A stretch of 64,000 bases of DNA from Nymphaea colorata (Eukaryota): positions 29,388,001-29,452,000 of the forward strand of contig NC_045138.2 of the NCBI RefSeq assembly GCF_008831285.2. Reading direction: 5' to 3'. Shown here piece by piece: positions 23,401 through 38,800 of this stretch; the stretch's first letter is position 1; each line of letters starts with the position of its first letter. Made by a program: the position numbers and the translations under genes. Under the pieces are notes generated by a model that saw only the letters and a program-made list of their open reading frames with translations, did not search any database and was not told where the DNA came from.

Positions 23401-23800
23401 ATACACCCTAAGTAATCTAACATTTAGTTAACTATCCTCATCATGCCCTCACACTTTTATAGTATTGCATGCTTTTCATAGTCAATACTTTTGTCTCACA
23501 CGTAACCTACTAAAACAGACCAGTAACCGGATGCATCTAGTTGGCCATGCATTGGTTGTGTCTTTAGTCAGCCATGTATTTCAATTGAATTTGATTGACA
23601 TTTTGAGCTTGACGGTAGGGACACAGCCATGTATTTCAATTGAGTTATAACTGTCGCTCTCTCTCGCCAAGACGATGAGGCGAGATGCACAAGATTGTCA
23701 ATAATAATCTCAAACAAAGTCTATGTTTGTTCATCTCAATTCGTCAACAATGTGCTCGTAGATGCAACCTCCGCTTACTTTACCATGGCAATCATACAAC
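20480..23800. repeat. Diverged left flank of the satellite: shuffled older modules with local duplications (~490, ~1,510 and ~243 bp periods)
   Basis: catcggccactgatttcaaccaatattttgtc recurs at ~21388 and ~22898; the 23068 and 23310 segments are duplicated; degenerate copies of the monomer and spacer motifs are present. Confidence 0.8.
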
Positions 23801-26800
23801 CATTTATTTTAATTTCACATAATAGACATTTTGAACTCGATGGTAGGGACGTTGCCTCATCAAGTTCCATATGCAGTTCCCATGTCTCACGGGACTGCTT
23901 CCCCTCTTGTTGCACGAAGTTCATCGTATCTTTCCTACCCACTTTTTTTTCATAGTCAACAGTTTTGACTCACACATAACCTCCAAAAACTGACCATTAT
24001 CCGGATGAATCTAGTGGGACATGCATCGGCTGTCTTCAGTCAACCATTCATTTCAAGTGAATTTGATTGACATTTTGAGCTTGATGGTAGGGATGTTGCC
24101 TCATCAAAATCCATATGAAGTTCCCATGTCTCAAGGGACTGTTTTCCATCTCGTTGTACGGGGTTCATCGTATCTTTCCTACCCTAGTCCTTTCATAGTC
24201 AATACTTTTGTCTCACACATAACCTCCTAAAACTGACCATTATGCCAATGCATCTAGTTGGCCATGCATCGACTGTCTTCAGTCAGCCATTTATTACAAA
24301 AGTGCATTTGATTGACATTTTGAACTTGATGGTAAGGATGTTGCCTCATCATGATCCATATGCAATTCCCATGTCTCACGGGACTACTTCCCCTCTTATT
24401 GTCCGGGGTTTATCGTATCTTTCCTACCCTAGTTTTTTCATAGTTAATACCTTTGTCTCACACATAACCTCCTAAAACTGACCATTATGCCCATGCATGG
24501 CCATGTCTTCAGTCAGCCATCTATTTCAAATGCATTTGATTGACATTTTGAATTTGATGGTAGGAACGTTGCCGCATCAAGATACATATGCAGTTCTCAT
24601 GTCTCACGAGACTGTTTCCCCTCTTGCTATACGGGGTTCATCGTATTTTCTTTATCCTTGTTTTCTCATAGTTAATACTTTTGTATCACACATGACCTGC
24701 TAAAACTGACCCTTATGCCAATGCATCTAATTGGCCATGCATCGACTATGCCTTCTGTTAGCCATGTATTTCAAGTGCATTTGATTGATATTTTGAAATT
24801 GATGGTAGGGACGTTGCCTCATCAAGATCCAGATTCAGATGCCATGTCTCATGGGACTACTTTCCTTTTTATTGTATGGGGTTTATTGCATATTTCCTAC
24901 CCTAGTTTGTTTCGTAGTAAATACTTTTGTCTCACATATAACCTCCTAAAACTAACCATTATGCTGATGCATCTAGTTGGCCATGCATCGGTTATGTCTT
25001 CATTCCGCCATTTATTTCAAGTGCATGTGATTGACATTTTTAACTTGATGGTAGATACGTTGCCTCATCAACATTCATATGAAATTCGCATGTCTCATGG
25101 GACTGCATCCCCACTTGTTGTATAGGGTGCATCGTATGTTTCCAACCCTAGTTTTTTCATAGTCAATACTTTTGTCTCAAACATAACCTCCTAAAACTGA
25201 CCATTATGCCGATGCATTTAGTTGGCCATGCATCGACTATGTCTTCAGTCTGCCATTTATTTCGGGCACATATGATTGACATTTTTAACTTGATGGTAAG
25301 GACGTTGTCTCATCAATATCCATATCCAGATCAATGTCTCACGGGACTGCTTCCCCTCTTGTTATACGGGGTTCATCGTATCTTTCCTACCCTAGTTTTT
25401 TTATAGTCAATACCTTTGTCTCACACATAACCTCCTAAAACTGACCATTGTGCCGATGCATCTAGTTGGCCATGCATCGGCCATGTCTGCAATCAGCCAT
25501 TCATTTTAAGTGCATTTGATTGACATTTTAAACTCGATGATAGGGACGTTGCCTCATCAAGATACATATGCAGGTCCCATGACTCACGAGACTGCTTCAC
25601 ATCTTGTTGTACGGGGTTCATCGTATCTTTCCTATCCTTGTTTTTTTATAGTCAATACTTTTGTATGACACATGACCTCCTAAAACTCACCTTTATGCCG
25701 ATGCATCTAGTTGGTCATCCATCGGCTATGTCTTCAGTCAGCCATTTATTTTAAGTGCATTTGATTGACATTTTGAACTTGATGGTAGAGACGTTTCCTC
25801 ATCAAGATCCAGATGCAGTTCATATGTCTCACGGGACTGCTTCCCCTTCTGTTGTACTGGGTCCATCGCATCTTTCCTACCCTAGTTTTTTTCATAGTGA
25901 ATACTTTTGTCTCACACATGACCTCCTAAAGCTGACCATTATGCCGATGCATCTAGTTGGCCATGCATCGGCCATGTCTTCAGTCGTCCATTTATTTCAA
26001 GTGTATTTGATGGACATTTTGAACTTGATGGTAGGGACGTTGCCTCATCAAGAACCATATGCATTTCTATTGTCTCACGAGATTGCTTCCCCTCTTGTTG
26101 CACGGGGTTCATCGTATCCTTCATATCCTAGCTTTTTCATAGTAAATACTTTTGTCTCACACACGACCTCCATAAACTGACCATTATGCCGATGCATCTA
26201 GTAGGCCATGCATCGGCTATGTCGTTAGTCAGTCATTTATTTCAAGTGCATTTGATTGACATTTTGAACAAGACGGTAGGGACGTTGCCACATCAAGATC
26301 CATATGTTGTTCCCATGCCTCGTGAGACTGCTTCCCCTCTTGTTGTACGGGGTTCATCATGTCTTTCCTACCCATGTTTTTTCATAGTCAACACTTTTGT
26401 CTCATCCAAAAACTGACCATTATGCTGATGCATCTAGTTGGCCGTACACCGGCTATGCTGATCCATATGTCGTTCATCTCTATTCGTCAAGAATGTGCTC
26501 GCAGATTCAACATTCACTTACTTTACCACGACACTCAGCCAGCCATTTATTTTAATTTCACATAACGGATATTGTGAACTAGATGGTAGGGACGTTGCCT
26601 CATCAAGATCTATATGCAGTTCCCATGTCTCACGGCATTGCTTCCCCTTCTGTTGCACGGGGTTCATTGCGTCTTTCCTACCCTTGTTTTCTCATAGTAA
26701 ATACTTTTGTCTCACACACAATCTCCATAAACTGACCATTATGCCGATGCATCTAGTTGGCCATGCATCAGATATGTATTCAGTCAGTATTTATTTCAAG

Positions 26801-29800
26801 AGCATTTAATTGACAATTTCAACTTGATGGTAGGACGCTGCCACATCAAGATCCATACGCAGTTCCGATGTCTCACGGGACTGCTTCCCTTTTTGTTGCA
26901 CGGGGTTCATCGCAACATTTCTACCCCAATTTTTTCATAGTCAACACCTTTGTCCAACACATAACATCCTAAAACTGATCATTATGCCGATGTATCTAGT
27001 TGGCCATATATCGGCTATGTCTTCAGTCAGCCATGTATTTCAAAAGTGCATTTGATTGACATTTTGAACTTAACCGTAAGGATGTTGCCTCATCAAGATC
27101 CATACGCAGTTCCCACGTCTCACAGGACTGCTTTCCCTCTTGTTGTACGGGGTTCATCGTATCTTTTCTTACGCTAGTCTTTGCATAGTTAATATTTTGT
27201 CTCACACATAACCTCCTAAAACTGGCCATTATGCCGATGCATCTAGTTGGCCATGCATCGGCCATGTCTTCAGTCGTCCATTTATTTCAAGTGTATTTGA
27301 TGGACATTTTGAACTTGATGGTAGGGACGTTGCCTCATCAAGAACCATATGCATTTCTATTGTCTCACGAGATTGCTTCCCCTCTTGTTGCACGGGGTTC
27401 ATCGTATCCTTCATATCCTAGCTTTTTCATAGTAAATACTTTTGTCTCACACACGACCTCCATAAACTGACCATTATGCCGATGCATCTAGTAGGCCATG
27501 CATCGGCTATGTCGTTAGTCAGTCATTTATTTCAAGTGCATTTGATTGACATTTTGAACAAGACGGTAGGGACGTTGCCACATCAAGATCCATATGTTGT
27601 TCCCATGTCTCGTGAGACTGCTTCCCCTCTTGTTGTACGGGGTTCATCATGTCTTTCCTACCCATATTTTTTCATAGTCAATACTTTTGTCTCATCCAAA
27701 AACTGACCATTATACTGATGCATCTAGTTGGCCGTACACCGGCTATGTCTTCAGTCAGCCATTTATTTCTAGTGCATTTGATTGACTTTTTAAACTTGAT
27801 GGTAGGGACGTTGCCTCATCAAGATCCATATGCTGTTCACAGATCTCACGGGAATGCTTCTCCTCTGGTTGTACGAGTTTCATCGCATCAATTGCACCCA
27901 TAATGAGACAACCACACATCATTAAGAACTCATCTCTTGAGAGCTCCTTAAGTTACAATCGTGGCTCTCTCTTGCCAAGATGATGAGGCGAGATGCACAA
28001 GATTGTCAATAATAATACCAAACAAAGAATATGTTTGTTCATCTCTATTCATCAAGAATGTGCTCGCAGATTCAACATTCACTTACTTTACCACGACACT
28101 CAGCCAGCCATTTATTTTAATTTCACATAACGGATATTTTGAACTAGATGGTAGGGACGATGCCTCATCAAGATCCGTATGCAGTTCCCATGTCTCACGG
28201 CACTGCTTCCCCTTCTGTTGCACGAGATTCATCGCATCTTTCCTACCCTTGTTTTCTCATAGTAAATACTTTTGTCTCACACACAACCTCCATAAACTGA
28301 CCATTATGCCGATGCATTTAGTTGGCCATGCATCGGATATGTCTTCAGTCAGTATTCATTTCAAGTGCATTTAATTGACAATTTCAACTTGATGGAAGGG
28401 ACGCTGCCACATCAAGATCCATACGCAGTTCCGATGTCTCACGGGACTGCTTCCCTTTTTGTTGCATGGGGTTCATCGCAACATTTCTACCCTAATTTTT
28501 TCATAGTCAACACCTTTGTCCAACACATAACATCCTAAAACTGACCATTATGGCGATGTATCTTGTTGGCCATATATCGGCTATGTCTTCAGTCGGCCAT
28601 ATATCGGCTATGTGTTCAGTCAGCCATGTATTTCAAAAGTGCATTTGATTGACATTTTGAACTTAACCGTAAGGACGTTGCCTCATAAAGATCCATATAC
28701 AGTTCCCATGTCTCACAAAACTGCTTCCCCTCTTGTTGTACGGGGTTCATCGTATCTTTTCATACCCTAGTCTTTGCATAGTTAATACTTTGTCTCACAC
28801 ATAACCTCCTAAAATTGGCAATTATGCCGATGCATCTAGTTGGCCATGCATCGGTCATGTCTTCAGTCGTCCATTTATTTAAAGTGTATTTGATGGACAT
28901 TTTGAACTTGATTGTAGGGACGTTAACTCATTAAGATCCATATGCATTTCTATTGTCTCACGAGATTGCTTCCCCTCTTGTTGCACAGGGTTCATCGTAT
29001 CCTTCATATCCCAGCTTTTTCATAGTAAATACTTTTGTCTCACACATGACCTCCATAAACTGACCATTATGCCGATGCATCTAGTTGGCCATGCATCGGC
29101 TATGTCGTTAGTCAGCATTTATTTCAAGTGCATTTGATTGACATTTTGAACAAGACGGTAGGGACGTTGCCACATCAAGATCCATATGTTGTTCCCATGT
29201 CTCACGAGACTGCTTCCCCTCTTGTTGTACGGGGTTCATCATGTCTTTCCTACCCATGTTTTTTCATAGTCAATACTTTTGTCTCATCCAAAAACTGACC
29301 ATTATGCTGATGCATCTAGTTGGCCGTGCACCGGCCATGTCTTCAGCCAGCCATTTATTTCTAGTGCATTTGATTGACTTTTTAAACTTCATGGTAGGGA
29401 CGTTGCCTCATCAAGATGCATATGCACTTCCCATGTCTCACGGGAATGCTTCTCCTCTGGTTGTACGAGTTTCATCGCATTAATTGCACCCATAATGAGA
29501 CAACCACACATCATTAAGAACTCATCTCTTGAGAGCTCCTTAAGTTACAATCGTTGCTCTCTTGCCAAGATGATGAGGCGAGATGCACAAGATTGTCAAT
29601 AATAATACCAAAAAAAGAATATGTTCGTTCATCTCTATTCGTCAAGAATGTGCTCGCAGGTTCAACATTCACTTACTTTACCACGACACTCAGCCAGCCA
29701 TTTATTTTAATTTCACATAACGGATATTTTGAACTAGATGGTAGGGACGTTGCCTCATCAAGATCCGTATGCAGTTACCATGTCTCACGACACTGCTTCC

Positions 29801-32800
29801 CCTTCTGTTGCACAGGATTCATCTCCTCTTTCCTACCCTGGTTTTCTCATAGTAAATACTTTTGTCTCACACACAACCTCCATAAACTGACCATTATGCC
29901 GATGCATCTAGTTGGCCATGCATCGGATATGTCTTCAGTCAGTATTTATTTCAAGTGCATTTAATTGACAAATTCAACTTGATGGTAGGGACGCTGCCAC
30001 ATCAAGATCCATACGCAGTTCCGATGTCTCACGGGACTGCTTCCCTTTTTGTTGCACGGGGTTCATCGCAACATTTCTACCCTAATTTTTTCATAGTCAA
30101 CACCTTTGTCCAACACATAATATCCTAAAACTGACCATTATGCCGATGTATCAAGTTGGCCATATATCGGCTATGTCTTCAGTCAGCCATGTGTTTCAAA
30201 AGTGCATTTGATTGACATTTTGAACTTAACCGTAAGGATGTTGCCTCATCAAGATCCATATGAAGTTCCCATCTCTCACAGGACTGCTTCCCCTCTTGTC
30301 GTCATCGTATCTTTCTTACCCTAATCTTTGCATAGTTAATACTTTGTCTCACACATAACCTCCAAAAACTGACCATTATGCCGATGCATCTAGTTGGCCA
30401 TGCATCGGCCATGTCTTCAGTCGTCTATTTATTTCAAGTGTATTTCATGGACATTTTGAACTTGATGGTAGGGACGTTGCCTCATCAAGATCCATATGCA
30501 TTTCTATTGTCTCACGAGATTGCTTCCCCTCATGTTGCACGGGGTTCATCGTATCCTTCATATCCTAGTTTTTTCATAGTAAATACTTTTGTCTCACACA
30601 CGACCTCCATAAACTGACCATTATGCCGATGCATGTAGTTGGCCATGCATCAGCTATGTCGTTAGTCAGTCATTTATTTCAAGTGCATTTGATTGACATT
30701 TTTAACAAGACGGTAGGGACGTTGCCACATCAAGATCCATATGTTGTTCCCATGTCTCACGAGACTGCTACCCCTCTTGTTGTACGGGGTTCATCGTGCC
30801 TTTCCTACCCATGTTTTTTCATAGTCAATACTTTTGTCTCATCCAAAAACTGACCATTATGTTGATGCATCTAGTTGGCCGTGCACCGGCTACGTCTTCA
30901 ATCAGCCACTTATTTCTAGTGCATTTGATTGACTTTTTAAACTTGATGGTAGGGACGTTGCTTCATCAAGATCCATATGCAGTTCCCAGATCTCACGGGA
31001 ATGCTTCTCCTCTGGTTGTACGAGTTTCATCGGATCAATTGCACCCATAATGAGACAACCACACATCATTAAGAACTCATCTCTTGAGAGCTCCTTAAGT
31101 TACAATTATTCCTCTCTCTTACCAAGATGATGAGGCGAGATGCACAAGATTGTCAATAATACTACCAAACAAAGAATATGTTCGTTCATCTCTATTCGTC
31201 AAGAATGTGCTCGCAGATTCAACATTCACCTACTTTACCATGACACTCAGCCAGCCATTTATTTTACTTTCACATAACGAATATTTTGAACTAGATGGTG
31301 GGGACGTTGCCTCATCAAGATCCATACGCAGTTCCGATGTCTCACGGGACTGCTTCCCTTTTTGTTGCACGGGGTTCATCGCAACATTTCTACCCTAATT
31401 TTTTCATAGTCAACACCTTTGTCCAACACATAATATCCTAAAACTGACCATTATGCCGATGTATCAAGTTGGCCATATATCGGCTATGTCTTCAGTCAGC
31501 CATGTATTTCAAAAGTGCATTTGATTGACATTTTGAACTTAACCGTAAGGATGTTGCCTCATCAAGATCCATATGAAGTTCCCATCTCTCACAGGACTGC
31601 TTCCCCTCTTGTCGTCATCGTATCTTTCTTACCCTAATCTTTGCATAGTTAATACTTTGTCTCACACATAACCTCCAGAAACTGACCATTATGCCGATGC
31701 ATCTAGTTGGCCATGCATCGGCCATGTCTTCAGTCGTCTATTTATTTCAAGTGTATTTCATGGACATTTTGAACTTGATGGTAGGGACGTTGCCTCATCA
31801 AGATCCATATGCATTTCTATTGTCTCACGAGATTGCTTCCCCTCATGTTGCACGGGGTTCATCGTATCCTTCATATCCTAGTTTTTTCATAGTAAATACT
31901 TTTGTCTCACACACGACCTCCATAAACTGACCATTATGCCGATGCATGTAGTTGGCCATGCATCAGCTATGTCGTTAGTCAGTCATTTATTTCAAGTGCA
32001 TTTGATTGACATTTTTAACAAGACGGTAGGGACGTTGCCACATCAAGATCCATATGTTGTTCCCATGTCTCACGAGACTGCTACCCCTCTTGTTGTACGG
32101 GGTTCATCGTGCCTTTCCTACCCATGTTTTTTCATAGTCAATACTTTTGTCTCATCCAAAAACTGACAATTATGTTGATGCATCTAGTTGGCCGTGCACC
32201 GGCTACGTCTTCAATCAGCCACTTATTTCTAGTGCATTTGATTGACTTTTTAAACTTGATGGTAGGGACGTTGCTTCATCAAGATCCATATGCAGTTCCC
32301 AGATCTCACGGGAATGCTTCTCCTCTGGTTGTACGAGTTTCATCGGATCAATTGCACCCATAATGAGACAACCACACATCATTAAGAACTCATCTCTTGA
32401 GAGCTCCTTAAGTTACAATTATTCCTCTCTCTTACCAAGATGATGAGGCGAGATGCACAAGATTGTCAATAATACTACCAAACAAAGAATATGTTCGTTC
32501 ATCTCTATTCGTCAAGAATGTGCTCGCAGATTCAACATTCACCTACTTTACCATGACACTCAGCCAGCCATTTATTTTACTTTCACATAACAAATATTTT
32601 GAACTAGATGGTGGGGACGTTGCCTCATCAAGATCCGTATGCAGTTCCCATGTCTCACGGCACTGCTTCCCCTTCTGTTGCACGGGGTTCACCGCATCTT
32701 TCCTACCCTTGTTTTCCCATAGTAAATACTTTTGTCTCACACACAATCTCCATAAACTGACCATTATGCCGATGCATCTAGTTGGCAATGCATCGAATAT

Positions 32801-35800
32801 GTCTTCAGTCAGTATTTATTTCAAGTGCATTTAATTGACAAGTTCAACTTGATGGTAGGGACGCTGCCAAATCAAGATCCATACGCAGTTCCGCTGTCTC
32901 ACAGGACTGCTTCCTTTTTTGTTGCACGGGGTTCATCACAACATTTCTACCCTAGTATTTTCATAGTCAACACCTTTGTCCAACACATAACATCCTAAAA
33001 CTGACCATTATGTCGATGTATCTAGTTGGCCATATATCGGCTATGTCTTCAGTCAGCCATGTATTTCAAAAGTGCATTTGATTGACATTTTGAACTTCAC
33101 CGTAAGGACGTTGCATCATCAAGATCCATACGCAGTTCCCATGACTCACAGGACTGCTTCCCCTCTTGTTGTACGGGGTTCATCGTATCTTTCTTACCAT
33201 AGTTTTTGCATAGTTAATACTTTTTGTCTCACACATAACCTCCTAAAACTGGCAATTATGCCGATGCATCTAGTTGGCCATGCATCGGCCATGTCTTCAG
33301 TCATCCATTTATTTCAAGTGTATTTGATGGACGTTTTGAACTTGATGGTAGGGACGTTGCCTCATCAAGATCCATACGCATTTCTCTTGTCTCACGAGAT
33401 TGCTTCCCCTCTTGTGGCACGGGGTTCATCGTATCCTTCATATCCTAGTTTTTTCATAGTAAAAGCTTTTGTCTCACACACAACCTCCATAAACTGACCA
33501 GTATGCCGATGCATCTGGTTGGCCATGCATCGGCTATGTCGTCAGTCAGTCATTTATTTCAAGTAAATTTGATTGACATTTAAAACTAGACGGTAGGGAC
33601 GTTGCTACATCAAGATCCATATGTTGTTCCCATGTCTCACGAGACTGCTTCCCCTCTTGTTGTACGGGGTTCATCGTGTCTTTCCTACCCATGTTTTTTC
33701 ATAGTCAATACTTTTGTCTCATCCAAAAACTGACCATTATGTTGATGCATCTAGTTGGGCGTGCACCGCCTATGTCTTCAGTCAGCCATTTATTTCTAGT
33801 GCATTTGATTGACTTTTTAAACTTGATGGTAGGGACGTTTCCACATCAAGATCCATATGCAGTTCCCCGATCTCACAGGAATGCTTCTCCTCTGGTTGTA
33901 CGAGTTTCATCGCATCAACTGCACCCACAATGAGACAACCACACATCATTAAGAACTCATCTCTTGAGAGCTCCTTAAGTTACAATTGTTGCTCTCTCTT
34001 GCCAAGATGATGAGGCGAGATGCACAAGATTGTCAATAATAATACCAAACAAAGAATATGTTTGTTCATCTCTATTCGTCAAGAATGTGCTCGCAGATTC
34101 AACATTCACTTACTTTACCACGACACTCAGCCAGCCATTTATTTTAATTTAACATAACGGATTTTGTGAACTAGATGGTAGGGACGTTGCTTCATCAAGA
34201 TCCATATGCAGTTCCCATGTCTCACGGCACTGCTTCCCTTCTGTTGCACGGGGTTCATCGCATCTTTCCTACCCTTGTTTTCTCATAGTAAATACTTTTG
34301 TCTCACACACAACCTCCATAAACTGACCATTATGCCGATGCATCTAGTTGGCCATGCATCGGATACGTATTGAGTGAGTATTTATTTCAAGAGCATTTAA
34401 TTGACAATTTCAACTTGATGGTAGGACGCTGCCACATCAAGATCCATACGCAGTTCCGATGTCTCACGTGACTGCTTCCCTTTTTGTTGCATGGGGTTCA
34501 TCGCAACATTTCTACCCTAATTTTTTCATAGTCAACACCTTTGTCCAACACATAACATCCTAAAACAGATCATTATGTCGATGTATCTAGTTGGCCACAT
34601 ATCGGCTATGTCTTCAGTCAGCCATGTATTTCAAAAGGGCATTTTATTGACATTTTGAACTTAACCGTAAGGACGTTGCCTCATCAAGATCCATACGCAG
34701 TTCCCACGTCTCACAGGACTGCTTCCCCTCTTGTTGTACGGGATTCATCGTATCTTTCTTACCCTAGTTTTTGCATAGTTAATACTTTTTGTCTCACACA
34801 TAACCTCCTAAAACTGGCAATTATGCCGATGCATCTAGTTGGCCATGCATCGGCCATGTCTTCAGTCATCCATTTATTTCAAGTGTATTTGATGGACGTT
34901 TTGAACTTGATGGTAGGGACGTTGCCTCATCAAGATCCATATGCATTTCTCTTGTCTCACGAGATTGCTTCCCCTCTTGTTGCACGGGGTTCATCGTATC
35001 CTTCATATCCTAGCTTTTTTATAGTAAATACTTTTGTCTCACACACAACCTACATAAACTGACCATTATGCCGATGCATCTGGTTGGCCATGCATCGGCT
35101 ATGTCGTCAGTCAATCATTTATTTCAAGTGCATTTGATTGACATTTTGAAATAGACGGTAGGGACGTTGCCACATCAAGATCCATATGTTGTTCCCATGT
35201 CTCACGTGACTGCTTCCCATCTTGTTGTACGGGGTTCATCGTGTCTTTCTTACCCATGTTTTTTCATAGTCAATACCTTTGTCTCATCCAAAAACAGACC
35301 ATTATGCTGATGCATCTAATTGGCCGTGCACCGGCTACGTCCTCAGTCAGCCATTTATTTCCAGTGCATTTGATTGACTTTTTAAACTTGATGATAGGGA
35401 CGTTGCCTCATCAAGATCCATATGCAGTTCCCAGATCTCACGGGAATGCTTCTCTCTCTGGTCGTACGAGTTTCATCGCATCAATTGCACCCACAATGAG
35501 ACAACCACACATCATTAAGAACTCATCTCTTGAGAGCTCCTTAAGTTACAATTGTTGCTCAATCTTGCCAAGATGATGAGGCGAAATGCACAAGATTGTC
35601 AACAATAATACCAAACAAAGAATATGTTCGTTCATCTCTATTCGTCAAGAATGTGCACGCAGATTCAACATTCACTTACATTACCACGACACTCAGCCAG
35701 CCATTTATTTTAATTTAACATAACGGATATTGTGAAGTAGATGGTAGGGACGTTGCTTCATCAAGATCCATATCTAGTTACCATGTCTCACGGCACTGCT

Positions 35801-38800
35801 TCCCCTTCTGTTGCACGGGGTCATCGCATCTTTCCTACCCTTGTTTTCCCATAGTAAATACTTTTGTCTCACACCCAACCTCCATAAACTGACCATTATG
35901 CCGATGCATCTAGTTAGCCATGCATCGGATATGTATTCAGTTAGTATTTATTTCAAGAGCATTTAATTCACAATTTCAACTTGATGGTAGGACGCTGCCA
36001 CATCAAGATCCATACGCAGTTCCGATGTCTCACGGGACTGCTTCCCTTTTTGTTGCACGGGGTTCATCGCAACATTTCTACCCTAATTTTTTCATAGTCA
36101 ACACCTTTGTCCAACACATAACATCCTAAAACTGATCATTATGCTGATGTATCTAGTTGGCCATATATCGGCTATGTCTTCAGTCAGCCATGTATTTCAA
36201 AAGTGCATTTGATTGACATTTTGAACTTAACCGTAAGGACGTTGCCTCATCAAGATCCATACGCAGTTCCCACGTCTCACGGGACTGCTTCCCCTCTTGT
36301 TGTACGGGGTTCGTCGTATCTTTCTTACCCAAGTTTTTGTATAGTTAATACTTTTTGTCTCACACATAACCTCCTAAAACTTGCAATTATGCCGATGCAT
36401 CTAGTGTATTTGATGGACGTTTTGAACTTGATGGTAGGGACGTTGCCTCATCAAGATCCATATGCATTTCTCTTGTATCACGAGATTGCTTCCCCTCTTG
36501 TTGCACGGGGTTCATCGTATCCTTCATATCCTAGTTTTTTCATAGTAAATACTTTAGTCTCACACACAACCTCCATAAACTGACCAGTATGCCGATGCAT
36601 CTGGTTGGCCATGTATCGGCTATGTCGTCAGTCAATCATTTATTTCAAGTGCATTTGATTGACATTTAAAACTAGACGGTAGGGACGTTGCCACATCAAG
36701 ATCCATATGTTGTTCCCATGTCTCACGAGACTGCTTCCCCTCTTGTTGTACGGGGTTCATCGTGTCTTTCCTACCCATGTTTTTTCATAGTCAATACCTT
36801 TGTCTCATCCAAAAACGGACCATTATGTTGATGCATCTAATCGGCCGTGCCCCGGCTACGTCTTCAGTCAGCCATTTATTTCCAGTGCATTTGATTGACT
36901 TTTTAAACTTGATGGTAGGGACGTTGCCTCATCAAGATCCATATGCAGTTCCCAGATCTCATGGGAATGCTTCTCCTCTGGTTGTACGAGTTTCATCACA
37001 TCAACCGCACCCACAATGAGACAACCACACATCATTAAGAACTCAACTCTTGAGAACTCCTTAAGTTACAATCGTTGCTCTCTTGCCAAGATGAAGAGGC
37101 GAGAAGCACAAGATTGTCAATAATAATACAAAACAAAGAATATGTTCGTTCATCTCTATTCGTCAAGAATGTGCTCGCAGATTCAACATTCACTTACTTT
37201 ACCACGACACTCAGCCAGCCATTTATTTTAATTTCACATAACGGACATTGTGAACTAGATGGTAGGGACGTTGCCTCATCGAGATCTATATGCAGTTCCC
37301 ATGTCTCACGGCACTGCTTCCCCTTCTGTTGCATGGGGTTGATCGCGTCCTTCCTACCCTTGTTTTCTCATAGTAAATACTTTTGTCTCACACACAACCT
37401 CCATAAACTGACCATGATGCCGATGCATCTAGTTGGCCATGCATCGGATATGTCTTCAGTCAGTATTTATTTCAAGTGCATTAAATTGACAATTTCAACT
37501 TGATGGTAAGGACGCTGCCACATCAAGATCCATACGCAGTTCCGATGTCTCACGGGACTGCTTCCCTTTTGTTGCACGGGGTTCATCACAAAATTTCTAC
37601 CCTAGTTTTTTCATAGTCAACAACTTTGTCCAACACATAACATCCTAAAACTGACCATTATGCCGATGTATCTAGTTGACCATATATCGGCTATGTCTTC
37701 AGTCAGCCATGTATTTCCAAAGTGCATTTGATTGGCATTTTGAACTTAACCGTAAGGACGTTGCCTCATCAAGATCCATACGCAGTTCCCATGTCTCACA
37801 GGATTGCTTCCCCTCTTGTTGTATGGGGTTCATCGTATCTTTGTTACCATAGTTTTTGCATAGTTAATACTTTTTGTCTCACACATAACCTCCTAAAACT
37901 GGCAATTGTGCCGATGCATCTAGTTGGCCATGCATCGGCCATGTCTTCAGTCATCCATTTATTGCAAATGTATTTGATGGACGTCTTGATCTTGAAGGTA
38001 GGGACGTTGCCTCATCAATATCCATATGCATTTCTCCTGTCCCACGAGATTGCTTCCCCTCTTGTTGCACGGGGTTCATCGTATCATTCATATCCTAGTT
38101 TTTTCATAGTAAATACTTTTGTCTCACACACAACCTCCATAAACTGACCATTATGCCGATGCATGACTGTGATCATGCATCGGCTATGTCGTCAGTCAGT
38201 CATTTACTTCAAGTGCATTTGATTGATATTTTGAACTAGACGGTAGGGACGTTGCCACATCAAGATCCATATGTTGTTCCGATGTCTCACGAGACTGCTT
38301 CCCCTCTTGTTATACGGGGTTCATCGTGTCTTTCCTACCCATGTTTTTTCATAGTCAATACTTTTGTCTCATCCAAAAACTGACCATTATGCTGATGCAT
38401 CTAGTTGGCCGTGCACCGGCTACGTCTTCAGTCAGCCATTTATTTCTAGTGCATTTGATTGACTTTTTAAACTTGCTGGTAGGGACGTTGCCTCATCAAG
38501 ATCCATATGCAGTTCACAGATCTCACGGGAATGCCTCTACTCTGGTTGTACGAGTTTCATCGCATCAACTGCACTCATAATGAGACAACCACACATCATT
38601 AAGAACTCATCTCTTCAGAGCTCCCTAAGTTACAATTGTTGGTCTCTCTTGTCAAGATGATGAGGCGAGATGCACAAGATTGTCAATAATAATACCAAAC
38701 AAAGAATATGTTCGTTCATCTCTGTTCGTCAAGAATGTGCTCGCAGATTCAACATTCACTTACTTTACCACGACACTCAGCCAACCATTTATTTTAATTT

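Noticed and set aside
26024..26052. Satellite TTGATG/CATCAA as a derivative of the PIF TIR
   Set aside because: Only a 6-bp match; the G-rich terminus and TSD are missing.
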